A DNA stretch of 64,000 bases from NCBI GenBank assembly GCA_043228905.1, contig JBHGNT010000010.1, forward strand, positions 20,770,001-20,834,000, given 5' to 3'. Position 1 is the first letter of the stretch; the number at the start of each line of letters is the position of its first letter. A program made the translations under genes and the position numbers. Of this stretch, positions 38,801 through 50,113 are shown in pieces. Below the pieces are notes generated by a model, which ran no database searches, was not told the DNA's origin, and worked only from the letters and a program-made list of their open reading frames with translations. This stretch comes from Azolla caroliniana (Eukaryota > Plantae > Polypodiophyta).

Positions 38801-40243
38801 AATTAATGAACTAGAATACTCACTTAAAGATTTAGAAGACACAAGTGAATGAGAAGGAAGTTTGGAACATTGAATAAAATGTTTACAATTATTAAGTTCA
38901 AATGTGATTGAGTGATTAACCCAATCAATGGACAAAGAAGGGTTTTTATTAAAAAACCAAGGATATCCTAAAATGACATCTGCGGATTGTAATTTCATAA
39001 CATGAAAGTCAAGCTTCTCCAAATAAGTATCTATTTGAATTGGCAGTTGACACACAATGCCACTGATGTATTGAACGTTTCCATTTGCCATGTGAACTTG
39101 ATAGATATGATCACTTGCGTTTATGTGGAGCTCCATTTGCTGCACAAAGTGATCATTAAGAAAATTGTGAGAACTACCGGAATCAAACAAGAAATGTGCT
39201 TGTGTTCCATTGATATATCCGACTGCTCGGAGTAAATCATTAGGTCCAAGTAAATGTGAAGGAAAAGTGCATTCACATAAACTTAAGTGATTGGTATGAA
39301 CTTCAACAATATCAAAAGACTCACCTGTGTGACTCGTAGATTTGTCTTGAGGAGGGGTGTTCATTGACTTCCTCTCAAGACGACGACAGGTATCCTTTGT
39401 GTGGCCCCGCTTCTTGCAATATGCACAGAAGAGGTTCGGTTTCTTTGAGTCGCGGTCAAGAGTGTCACTGGATTGCTTACGTTTCCCAATGAACTTGACA
39501 TTCGGAGTTTTGGCGAACTCAGGTTTATTGTGGTCTTTCTTGGAAGTCCTATGGTATCACAGCACAATGTTGACGGCTTCCTCGAAAGTTGTGGGGTCCT
39601 TGTCATGGACAATCCAATGATAATCCCCATTGGGAATACCATTCAAAAAACAAGCGACAAACCATTTCTCACCCGTAAGTCCCGATTTTTGGATTTGGGT
39701 CCGAGCGTGATGCACATAATCCTCGAGAGAGGTAAATGGCTTACTAGACAATGTGAGCAAGTGTTGCGCTTGTTCGGTTTGAGAAGGTGGCTGCAAGAAT
39801 TGTTTCTTAAAAACATCAACGAAACCTTCCCAAGTTGTGGGTAAGTTTTTTGCGATCCTTAGGCCACGCCACCAAGCAGCAGCTCGGCCACCTAACTCAC
39901 GACCGACATAACCAATTTTTACTGCATCGGGCTTGGGATGAAGCTCAAAGTGAGACTCCCAACGACCAAGCCAAGTGCTAATGGCCTCCTCGGTTCTTTC
40001 TTTCTTATCTCCCTTGAAAGGCGTGACTACGAAGGAAGGTTCACCTTCTTTCTTGGACTCAATAGTTAATTCTTGGAATTTCTTTTCCAATGCCATATTG
40101 GCCTGTCTCATTTCGGCCAATTGATTCAAGGTAGTAGTGAGCAATTGCTCAATAGTGATCTCAGCTTGTGTGCGAGATGCGGATTGGGGTTGAGAGGTCT
40201 CATTTGGAGAGATCGTTCCAACTGCGTTCAAAACTTGTTCCAT
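35840..40243 (-). pseudogene. Single-frame gag-pol polyprotein interrupted by two in-frame stops (TGA 39557-39559, TAG 37256-37258)
   Basis: Gag (GRAAAWW), zinc knuckle CAYCKKRGHTKDTC, protease LFDSGSSHNF, RT PWGAPVLLV/YEFLVMPFGLTNAPATFQ/FLDDILIY, RNase H ETDASDYAIGAVL/TDHQSL, integrase HHCC + SMDFI/SDRDSKF/DGQTERVN + GPF, chromodomain PERILDSR..KIKW..DATWE. All three ORF-track segments are in the same frame. Confidence 0.93.
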
Positions 40244-41227
40244 GATGCACGCTGTGGGTATGCAATAAAATAAGAAGGTTCAGAAAATACACAAGCAAAA
40301 TGAATGCTTGAAATTTTGATTGAAAGAACTTTATCCAAGAAAGTATCTCATGTCTTTACCCCTCTAGACATATGAGATGTGATTCGAGATCCGACAACTA
40401 TGGTAACACTATGGTGTTTTAAAAACCATGGGGGAAAACATAGCTAAGATGTATTTCTCGGATCTCTATCTTGAGTAATCATGGCGGCTCCCCGAGGCTC
40501 AACCATGGTTCTTACATCAATGAAATTTCCTAGATAGCCTTATATTAATGCCAACCCATCATGTATTATATGGTCGAGAAAGTGTATTACGTGAAAAAAC
40601 AAGTGCACTCACAAGTAATATTCTAGTCTTGCGAGCAATAAGCAAACGTGATGATAAAATGATAAAATAAGGCACTACTCATAAGAGTTAAGTAGTGACG
40701 AAAACAAGGGTAAAAAAAAGAACCCATGTGTTACCTACGAAAAAAACAATGTCACAAATAAATGGGAAGTGCAAGGTATGCACATATACATCCCAATATG
40801 ATTGTTATAACTTGCACAATTGTGACATAAGCCACAAATTGATACAAGTGATGACGGTGTTGTGCGCAAAGATGTAATACTCAAATCCATGAGTAAAACA
40901 TCAATAAGGGAACTCATATGGTTTTACTCGTTTTCTAAGGCTTGATGATAAGAGTTAAACCTAGATGACCCGTTGAAAAAAAAATCGTTCAACAAGCCAC
41001 TCCATACGAAAAAAATAGTCTACACGTAAAGGTTACATTAAAAATAAACGATGTAAATACTTTATACATGAAAAGGAAGTGGAAAAAAGGAGAGTTAATT
41101 GTGGGCGGGTAAATAATAATTACTAGAAAATCATATAAGTGAAACAATACTTATGAAATTAAAATTTAATTAGAATAATCAACAATTAGGTGTATGGAAT
41201 CAAACATGCCCTAAGATACGAAACCCT

Positions 41228-41562
41228 AGGGTAGTTGACATGCACCTCCTCAAGACCACCACATATCCCTAGAATCGGCCAAGTAATGGCTAATTAAAGA
41301 GGAAAGTGGCATAGGTAAGTGACATATACCTCGTCAAGGCCACATCATCCCTTAGAATCGGCCAATTGATGGCTAATTAAAAAGGAAAGTGGCATATGTA
41401 AGCTACATATACCTTGTCAAGGCCACAACATCCCATAGAATCGGCCAATTGATGGCTTAATAGAGAGTAGAGTGGCATAGGTAGGCAACATACACCTCGT
41501 CAAGGCCACATCATCCCTTAGAATCGGCCAAGTGATGGCTCAATAGAGGGGAAGAGTGGTAT
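41228..41562. repeat. 83-bp tandem repeat (about 4 units) in the 5' leader of the chromovirus; a second two-copy repeat at about 41584 and 41702
   Basis: tagaatcggcc starts at 41270, 41353, 41436 and 41519. ggccatgag.t.agcgtgtgcgattag.gcaaacacgctcg occurs twice. Confidence 0.92.
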
Positions 41563-41985
41563 ACTCAACATCATATGCAAAACGGCCATGAGATAAGCGT
41601 GTGCGATTAGAGCAAACACGCTCGACCCAATGCACAAGAATAATTATTATCGTAAGAGTTCAAGAGAGGAGAGAGTGGGATATATATCGCAATATGCAAA
41701 AGGCCATGAGTTGAGCGTGTGCGATTAGTGCAAACACGCTCGGCCCGATGCATAATAATAAGTAAAATCGTAGCGTAGTAGGAGGTAGAAAGAAAGAGAA
41801 TAAAACGTAATACCAATTTGATTCGACCATAAAGAACGCATAATAGAAAAAGAGAAGAGATCAAAAAAGAAGAATACCGGGTTTAGAGTGTTGTTTTGAT
41901 CCTGAGAAGAGCATGACGAGCCTTGTTAGATCCCCCTCGCTCACACGCAAAAAACATCAAAACAACAAAAAAATTGTTAGTAAAA

Positions 41986-41997
41986 GCTCTGATACCA
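41986..41997 (-). other. Primer-binding site complementary to the initiator tRNA-Met 3' end
   Basis: Minus-strand TGGTATCAGAGC, one base after the 5' LTR. Confidence 0.93.
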
Positions 41998-41998
41998 C

Positions 41999-42469
41999 TG
42001 TTAAGAGTCTATTACTAATCAATAGACCAAATCAAGTAAAAAGGAAGAAAATAGATTGGATAGAAGAACCCGTTCCACCCGACCACCCCCGAGCTATGAT
42101 CTAGACATAGCCAACCTACCACCGACGTCCCATACCGCCGGATATTAGGATGACTAATACCTTGGAAGAGATAAACACGATCGTCGAGACGAAAGCCTAG
42201 CCCGCACCACCGGTGTCTACGACAGCAGCCTTCCGACGTGATTCCTATGAGGGTAGCTAAGCCTCATATTTATACCTTTTCCTAGGCCCCTTGAATAGAT
42301 GTGCCTTTCTAAAAGGCTCTCTATTCATTGGTTGTCTAAATCATGATAGTGCATGCACATATCATTCATTCTATCCAATCATTAGTCCCCTTTTTAATAA
42401 TAGTGAACATACCCTTCACTAATGTAAATATTAGTGACCTACCCTCACCAACGTTATGTGTACATAACA
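41999..42469 (-). repeat. 5' LTR of the chromovirus
   Basis: Adjacent to the PBS. Contains a minus-strand TATAAATA (plus-strand tatttata, about 42267-42274) as a candidate LTR TATA box. Confidence 0.97.
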
Positions 42470-43659
42470 AATAGCAATTTTGAAACTCGCATATCTGAAC
42501 CAATGATTCATTGCTCTTCCTTTGAGCCATGATTCTCACTTCACATATGCTTGCCTAAAGGAACTTGTTCCTTCGTGTAGCCCCTAGATGAAGGTTCATT
42601 GTGCTTTCCTATACCCCACCTTATCAGGCTTGTAAAAATGATCGGCAAACCAAGAAGCAATTATGATGAAATATTCTGTGAGTTAATTGGTTTATTGGAT
42701 GCAATATAATTTACATGTGGGGGGATAATAAGGATTAACCCATCCATGTTTACACAGAAAAAGTGCATGAGCAATAGGATTGTCCCCTCATGGATGAGGA
42801 CTTGTTCATGACCAAATTAGAGGCAAGGTTTCTAACTTGTCGACCTAAGAATGATTTGAACCACAACTTAATAGAAGACAATGGCCCATTGTTCAATGAC
42901 TAAAACTTATTCTCAACACCACCTAGTCAAAGATTAATGGCATTCACGCACTTGTTGTTACCATACAAGATGTAAGGAGAGTTGAGTGAGGGTGAAGAGA
43001 CTTAACTTAATGTTGTTGTATGTATGTGTAATGTATACGATTATGAGTGTGAATGTAAGTGTGAGTGTAAGTGTGGACAGATAAGAAGAGGTGTGCGTGA
43101 GTGATTAGTGTGGATGGCTAAGGGGGCTTGCACCCCTATGTATCTACCCCCTCTAGTACTATTTAACCCCCTAATGGGAAATGAATGGAGGAAGTTTTCT
43201 CTCATTTCACTCTCATCTTGACGTCTCTCTCTTTTTCTCGTTGAACCCCCTTAGGAGGGGGGTGGTGTCTATGGCTCCACCCCCCACCCCCCAATGATCG
43301 CCATCGCCATCACCATCAATCCCGCAACGCTTAGTATATCCCCATCATAACTCTATTCTACCATTACCATTCATCAACATCATCATCTTCAACCTTAACC
43401 CTAACCCATTAACACTTGCCATTATTGACAAAATGCACTTGATTAGTATTGTGGCATAACAAAGATGGGTTGACTATGTGTTGCATTACCATCATTACGA
43501 AATGTGTGAGAAAGAACATAAATAGTAATGTCCATAATTTCAAGGTACCAAAGCATATGATTGTGAAATATCAATCCCCACCTATGCCAACAATTTAGAC
43601 TTCCACAAACACTTTAAGATTTGCAAGCAAAGGTCTAGCTAGTCCTAGAGATTGGGTTT

Positions 43660-44110
43660 GATAGTCCCATGAAAGCCAAGGAAGTAAACCTAGGGGATGA
43701 AGAAAATTGTAAACCTGTGTTCATCATGGTCGAACTCACCCATCAAGAGGAAACAACAATCCTTGCATACGTCAAAGACATGTTTGCATGGAGTTATGAG
43801 GATATGACATGAGTATTGCTAGTGATATTCATACATAATATACCCATGTGACATGATTTAACAAAATGTAGGCAAACATGTGACACATCGTGCCTACAAA
43901 ATCAAGGACAAAAAGGAAGACGGTAAAATCCAAATTCGTGTGTACTTTCGATAGATAGCCATTATCCAAGACTACTTAGTTCCCTATATTAAACAAAGAA
44001 GTCTAATAGTCTCATTTACAACTTCAGGTATAACCAAATACCAACCGCTCTAAAAGACCAACGCAAGACAATGTTTGGTATGAAATTTAACATGTTTGAT
44101 AATACATCAC
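43660..44110 (+). mobile_element. Old Ty3/gypsy (Tat/Athila-like) RT relic
   Basis: KEVNLGDEENCKPVFI..L...E....DMFAWSYEDM, KKEDGKIQIRVYFR (cf. KKDGKIRVCVDFR) and SGYNQIPTALKDQRKTMF (cf. SGYNQI.IAPED..KTAF). Heavily deleted. Confidence 0.65.
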
Positions 44111-44222
44111 TTCATCAAGCACATATTAGTTGTAGGGAGACCAAATCTTTGCCTCTAGCTTAAGGAAAGGTGTAGAGTCATACATCAATGGTCTTTGTTG
44201 CAACTCTACTTGGAGTGAACAC

Positions 44223-44527
44223 TAGAATTCGTCAACGATTCGGTTTTGGCTTAATTGGTTTGCCCTTGTCCAAACCAAACCGGTTAAGCCTTAACTAGTT
44301 TGGAAGTTTTCAAACTTGAACCAAACCAGTTTGGACAAAATGTTTAGCCTTAACCAATTTATAAATTGGTTTGGCCCAAACTACTTTGGTTGGGCTTGAG
44401 CCTTGCCAAACCGAGCTCAAACTGGTTTACGAAGCTCAAGCTTGAACCGAGTTGAATCAAACCACCATACCATTTAAACTGTTTAATGGCTCGATTTAGG
44501 CTTGAACAAAGTTGTTGTTGACTCCTA
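44223..44527. mobile_element. Second, older copy of the hAT-like MITE family seen at 2543-2800
   Basis: TIRs tagaattcgtcaac ... gttgttgactccta (10/14). Imperfect 8-bp TSD gtgaacac/atgaacat. Shares internal aaaccggttaagccttaa and ccgagctcaaact..aagctcaag motifs with the first copy. Confidence 0.7.
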
Positions 44528-47440
44528 ATGAACATCTCTTTCTTGTTCGAAGGGTTTTTGGAGGCCGCAAGTATCAATGATAATGCTAATTACCTAATGA
44601 TATAAATATTTTATTTTATTTTTACAAGTTCACCAATCTCTCACGTAGCTTCCAATGGATTTTTTTACATAAATAGCATATGCCTAATAAATGCTCGAGA
44701 TTGAAATCATTGATATATGGGCATCATAAAATGTGAATATAACTTAATGAATTTGATCTTTTGAATCACTTTCTAGCTTGAAACTTTATTTTTTTGTATG
44801 TATGTCACTCAATTGTTTTTTAGCATTTGTTCTATATCGAATTGTAACATTTAGAGGACGTGACATCTTGTACTAAGCATTGACATGATACACTTGTAAA
44901 TATTGAGATTCTCAAATAGAAATGTTATTTTCATGATGTGTGTATAGGTCTTGTTAGTGGCCCATGTTTCTCATAGAAGAAACTCGTGTATGCATATGGG
45001 GGATAAAAAAACAAAAGGACAAAAAATTTAACTTTTTGAACTTGTCATCTTAGCACAACCATAGTCTTTGTGCTTCAAGTTAAAACATGCAAAAATACTC
45101 TAAAAAGCCTATTGGCTCACAATAGATTATAAAATTTGTTTCCTTTTTCAGCATTTCTCAAGGAAGATAATGCGAATGTTTTAAACCTTGGGAGGTAAAA
45201 TGTGAACTTAGAAGGAAATTTATGTAGGAATCATCCCAACCAATATGTATAGACTTATTATGTTTGAATCCTATACGCTTGAGGCTGTAAAGTGCGTGGT
45301 GCGCTACATGACCAAATATCATCATTGAAAATCTTATATTCCTTCACCACCAAGTGATTAATATGTGTGAAGTTTGAAATATGCCTATGTCTATGTGTAG
45401 CTTCATTTTGGAAAATAAAAATAAAAATGTCTATGTCTATGTGTTTAATGTCTAAATGTAAAGACAATTATTTCAGATTGTGTTAAGGCATTCATTGTTT
45501 TATTCAAGTTTTTGTAAGCATGCTTTGGGATGAATAAGTCATTCAAAATCCCGATTTTTTAAACTAAATCATGACCTAGACTTGTGGTACCAAACATTCT
45601 TTGATTCCTATATAACTAGGTTACAAAATTACAAGGCTTCCATGGTGCCTACGCTTTTTAATGAACATCAAGATCATCAACAGTGGCAATTTGTAACAAT
45701 TGGAGTGCGCACACTCAAATAATGACTTTATGAGGAGTCCAACATAGAGTTGTTCTTATGGATGCATATGTGTCTTCTTTAAATGACAATATATTTCCTT
45801 TCACATTAATGTTAATTATGCTACCTATGTACATTCCTCCATAATAAGCCCTTCAATTGTGTTTGTGTAGTAAAAATTTATAAATATATCAAGCATGTGA
45901 CCTATTTGCACTCCTCCATAACAATACCATTGAATTGAGTATAAATGAGACACAAATATTTTGGCATGTCTACCTTTGCCACATGATCAACGGTGGCTAG
46001 ATACATATGAGCACAAAGATATTGTAATTCTTGCTACCACTATTGAATCTCGTGCAACATTATAAGTTGAGGAGTTTGATCTTAGTTGTATGTTTTGATT
46101 TTAACTATGCTAAGCTCAACATGATCTGGAGCATAAGGAGAGGAAAAACATTGAAATATCTTCAATGCATAAAACGGTTATTCATTGCTAAGTATAGTGA
46201 CAATGTTCCTAAATTGATGTCTAGTTCCTAAACTAGGGACACTTAGAATGTTTGGACTCTCTAGAAAAACGCGTTTTTGCGCATGATGGTGAGATTACTG
46301 ATTCTTCCGACCTTAAATTTATGGGGATCAAACATAAAATTGTAAGAGAATCATCTTCCGACCTTAAATTTTATATTTTTATCGGCACGCGTATGTTTAT
46401 TATGCTTTGGCATATAACTCATGAAAAGGTGGTGTTAAAAAGCATGGAACATAATGAGAATTATGTTATTGGCATGCCTTTTTCAACCCTTGGTTTCTGG
46501 AAAGTGGGCTTTAAAGGGGAGGAATTGCCAATGCACATGTTGGATGACAACAAAAACTTCAGTAGAGAATATTAATAGTATGATCACTTAAGCTTACGAA
46601 TGCATAAGCAATTATTTGTCATTTGGAATTGGTGGGGACGTCTAAAAATTCGCATATAATGTGTAAAGGCAATGGTTTCGCATTGTGGGTAAGCACGTAA
46701 TGTGTTGTTTTCTTTCAGTTTTTTATTTACACTTGCAAAAAATCTGGTCAATGTGTGGTTCTTTACAACTCAATTATGATATCTTGTGGTCCAGACATTA
46801 TATTAACATTCTTTGATTCCTTATAACTAGTTTGATAAGACTTCTTCCATGATGCATCATTTCTATATGGAATCATAATGGTCAACTATGGATTGTCCCA
46901 AATAACAAGGAATCATAGTAGTCAGTAGTATTGCTGATAATGAATTTATGAGATATCCAACATTTCTAGCGATTGTTCTTATAGAGCCATACATGTTTTG
47001 TCCTTCAACTACATACATAAATCCAACGACAATACAATTTCATGTTAATTTCAAATTATTAACAGGTATTTAAATGGAGCATTGATCAAGGACAAACTTG
47101 CATGACATTTTCTGAATCCAAGCTTGATCTTCAATACGCATGACGTAGATACATGTTTCGCCACTAGCTTAACATGGAACTGAGCCATATATACGAGACA
47201 AGGAATGTCCTAATTATTTTATTATTTGGTTATATAACAATTGCAACGATGCACTTGACTAAAGGTAAAATAATTTAATATTTTAAGAGTGACTACTAAT
47301 GTCACATGTCCATGGTCCTTAAGTTTTATATGAAATATGATCACATTGAGAATATCTCGTTACCTACCAAATCTATCACATAAGCTATGACAATCACAAA
47401 ATACTTGCATGTGGATAAAGCCTTGTATGTTAATGTATGT

Positions 47441-47614
47441 ATGCATGTAATATATGGCATTGTGCATACAACTACTATTAATAACCACAATTCAAGGAAA
47501 TTTAGACATTTTTCCTACATTTGGATTATGCACGTAATATATGGCATTGTGCATATAGCTACTATTAATAACCACAATTCAAGGAAATTTAAACATTTTT
47601 TCTACATTTGGATC
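47441..47614 (+). repeat. 87-bp tandem duplication
   Basis: atgca.gtaatatatggcattgtgcata.a.ctactattaataaccacaattcaaggaaattta.acattttt.ctacatttggat occurs twice. Confidence 0.92.
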
Positions 47615-50030
47615 ATTGTTAAAGTACAAAGAAAGATACATTAAAGTCACTAGACCAATGAGATTCTAGAATGTTGGCAAACCTTAAGTTAAATGTCAAA
47701 GCAAGTTAAAAGACATTTGTGAGCTTAATGTAGCTTCATTTTATGGAAATCACTTTGAATAAATATAACAAGAAGTGACATGTATTCATCTAGAGTAGTT
47801 GAATCGTTAGAACTAATATTGTTGGCCCTCCATCATGGGGTCACCACCCTCAAAGAGGCATTCTCTATGCACTCTCCTTATATTGAACATGAAGAATATG
47901 GATATGCATGGTTTTGTCATTGTACTTCATCACTCTATACAAATCAGAACTACATTTTTCCATAATCAAAAGACATTATATATTTCTCCCTTCTCATAAT
48001 AGATTGAACAAAGGACATATATTGCGCTCTTCAAGATAATCAACCCCCTTGAGTTAATGTCACTACATGTAGTCATGACATGTTTGTATCAACATTTGTT
48101 GTGATGAAGTCATGACATGCTTTGATGCTATGTGAAGAACATATGGCATGTACTAGACTAAGACTTCATATTCTTGTTTGAATAATAGAATTATCACGAG
48201 GCAAGACATGGCATCTATTGTGTCTCTATATTTCCATGGAATATCGAAACCATCATCGGGTAGACATGTGGCTTGGATGTCTATAGGCTTGGGTTGATTA
48301 ATGAAACAATATGCGGAGGAAATGTACTCTAGTAGGGCCTTGGAGGGTATCTCTATGCCTCACTAAGATCTATGATTTGAGATTTATTTAACTCCATGTA
48401 TATCCATTGTATGATAATTGCCTTATCATGAAGAAAAGAAGTTGCTTCGTCACCCAATACAAAGATTATATTGAATTATCACCTTGTCATATCCATATTT
48501 TAGTCATATCTAGAGCTTCGTAGTGCTTGCTATATTTGTCAAATGACTGCATGTACAATAAACATGAATAGATTTCTAGCTTTGGTTGAGTCATGCAAAA
48601 TACAAGGAATATGAATGATTAACTGTATCATAATGATAAGTAGGACTAGTTGTAATATTGATATCAAGCAGTCAATGGGTCAAGTACAATTACAATACAT
48701 GATTTGTCAGGAAGACAATGGCTACATGTGTTATGTGTCTATGGCAAAATTCCCGATAAGCTATTCAACTTTTTCTCGTACTTATTGGTGGTCCTAAAGT
48801 GGATCAATTTGTAATCAGAATTTAAACCAAGAGGATATACTAATGTGCAATTTTGTAAGTTATTTGGATACTATTTGGTTGAAACATATTGCGGTTATAT
48901 TTGTTCAAAGGATATAGGATATACTTTGCATGCAAATCAATGGTTGAATTATTACTTTTATGAAAAGATAATACATTTTCATCTATTCATTAACAAACAG
49001 TTCAAACACATACACTTACACATGTGACATAAACATTAACATAAATGTTTAAATACATTCATGATATGTCACATACACAGTAGATTGACGCATATATTTG
49101 GCCTTTGGCCTGTGTCATATGTTACATATGCAAAACATAAATATGAACATGCATATGCCTTTTCAACCTCGCATGCGTCAACTAATTGCAAGCCTCTATT
49201 TCCACAAAGCATATATTCAATAACCATTCGTCGATAATCATAGGCTATAGTGGGAGAATTAAACTTGATCATCCATATTCCAATCTACTATGAGGAGACC
49301 CACATTTTCTTCCGCCCACACTAACAATCCAAAAAGTATTAAAGATATAGAATAAATCAAAACAAACCCACTTCTAAAGCCCTTTTCCATGCTTGTTGGG
49401 TTTAATATAGCAATAAATTTTGGCATGCTAGCAATAAACTAATATGGGGATGCACATTATGATCCATAACTAGTCATGGATGTGTGTGTGTGTGTGTGTA
49501 TATATATGTATGTATGTATGTATGTCATGTTCGAGGCAGAAAACATACACGTACCTTTTTGGCCGATAGTGTCAACTAGGAGTCGAAAAGATATGGCAAT
49601 CTTGAAGTTGTCTTTCATCATCTAATACATAAATACATGGTTACATATTTCCCTATGTGCATACACACATATATCATGGTAATCCAATATCACAAGTGTT
49701 CACATCTAGTGAGTACCCAAAGAGCCCGATGGGTCTTGGACTAGTTCCTTTCTAGAAAGAATACAAGGGCCCTTTACACTAATTTTCCTTACATGTGTTT
49801 TCCCTTGGAGGACCTACATGAACACTATGCAATTCATTATGTAATATTAATATGGGCAATCATTACTGGTGCATTAAAGAAGCATTTGAATGGTTTGAGT
49901 CTACATAATGAAACAAATTAAGGCTTGTCTCAATGTCCACATGTTTGAAGAGCATGATGTGTGACCTCTTGAGCCGAGTATTTAATTGGTTATATTACTG
50001 CATATTATCCTTAAAGTACTACTTCCTAGG

Positions 50031-50038
50031 TATAAATA
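50031..50038 (+). promoter_or_regulatory. Candidate TATA box of the PIP5K gene
   Basis: TATAAATA 83 bp upstream of the ATG at 50114. The motif is common in AT-rich DNA, so support is only positional. Confidence 0.45.
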
Positions 50039-50113
50039 CCTAGTTGCACCTGATATTATAATCTTTTATTAAGTAGTGTTGATCCATCTCATGGTACTTC
50101 TAACATTTAATCG

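Larger units (their letters stand above)
35362..42469 (-). mobile_element. Complete Ty3/gypsy chromovirus LTR retrotransposon (7108 bp)
   Basis: TG...CA LTRs at 35362-35832 and 41999-42469 (471 bp, one difference: T35434 vs C42071). 5-bp TSD AATAG at 35357-35361 and 42470-42474. PBS TGGTATCAGAGC and PPT GAAGTAGGGGAGTA. Domain order gag-PR-RT-RH-INT-chromodomain. Confidence 0.98.

Noticed and set aside
39361-39642. Apparent gag/pol frameshift ORF
   Set aside because: Gag, the zinc knuckle and pol are all in one frame across the TGA at 39557, so no frameshift is needed.
41228-41562. 83-bp regular array beside a reverse transcriptase, suggesting a CRISPR/DGR/retron-like system
   Set aside because: The whole unit is repeated with no unique spacers. 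It lies within a standard LTR retrotransposon leader and the RT is a typical gypsy RT.
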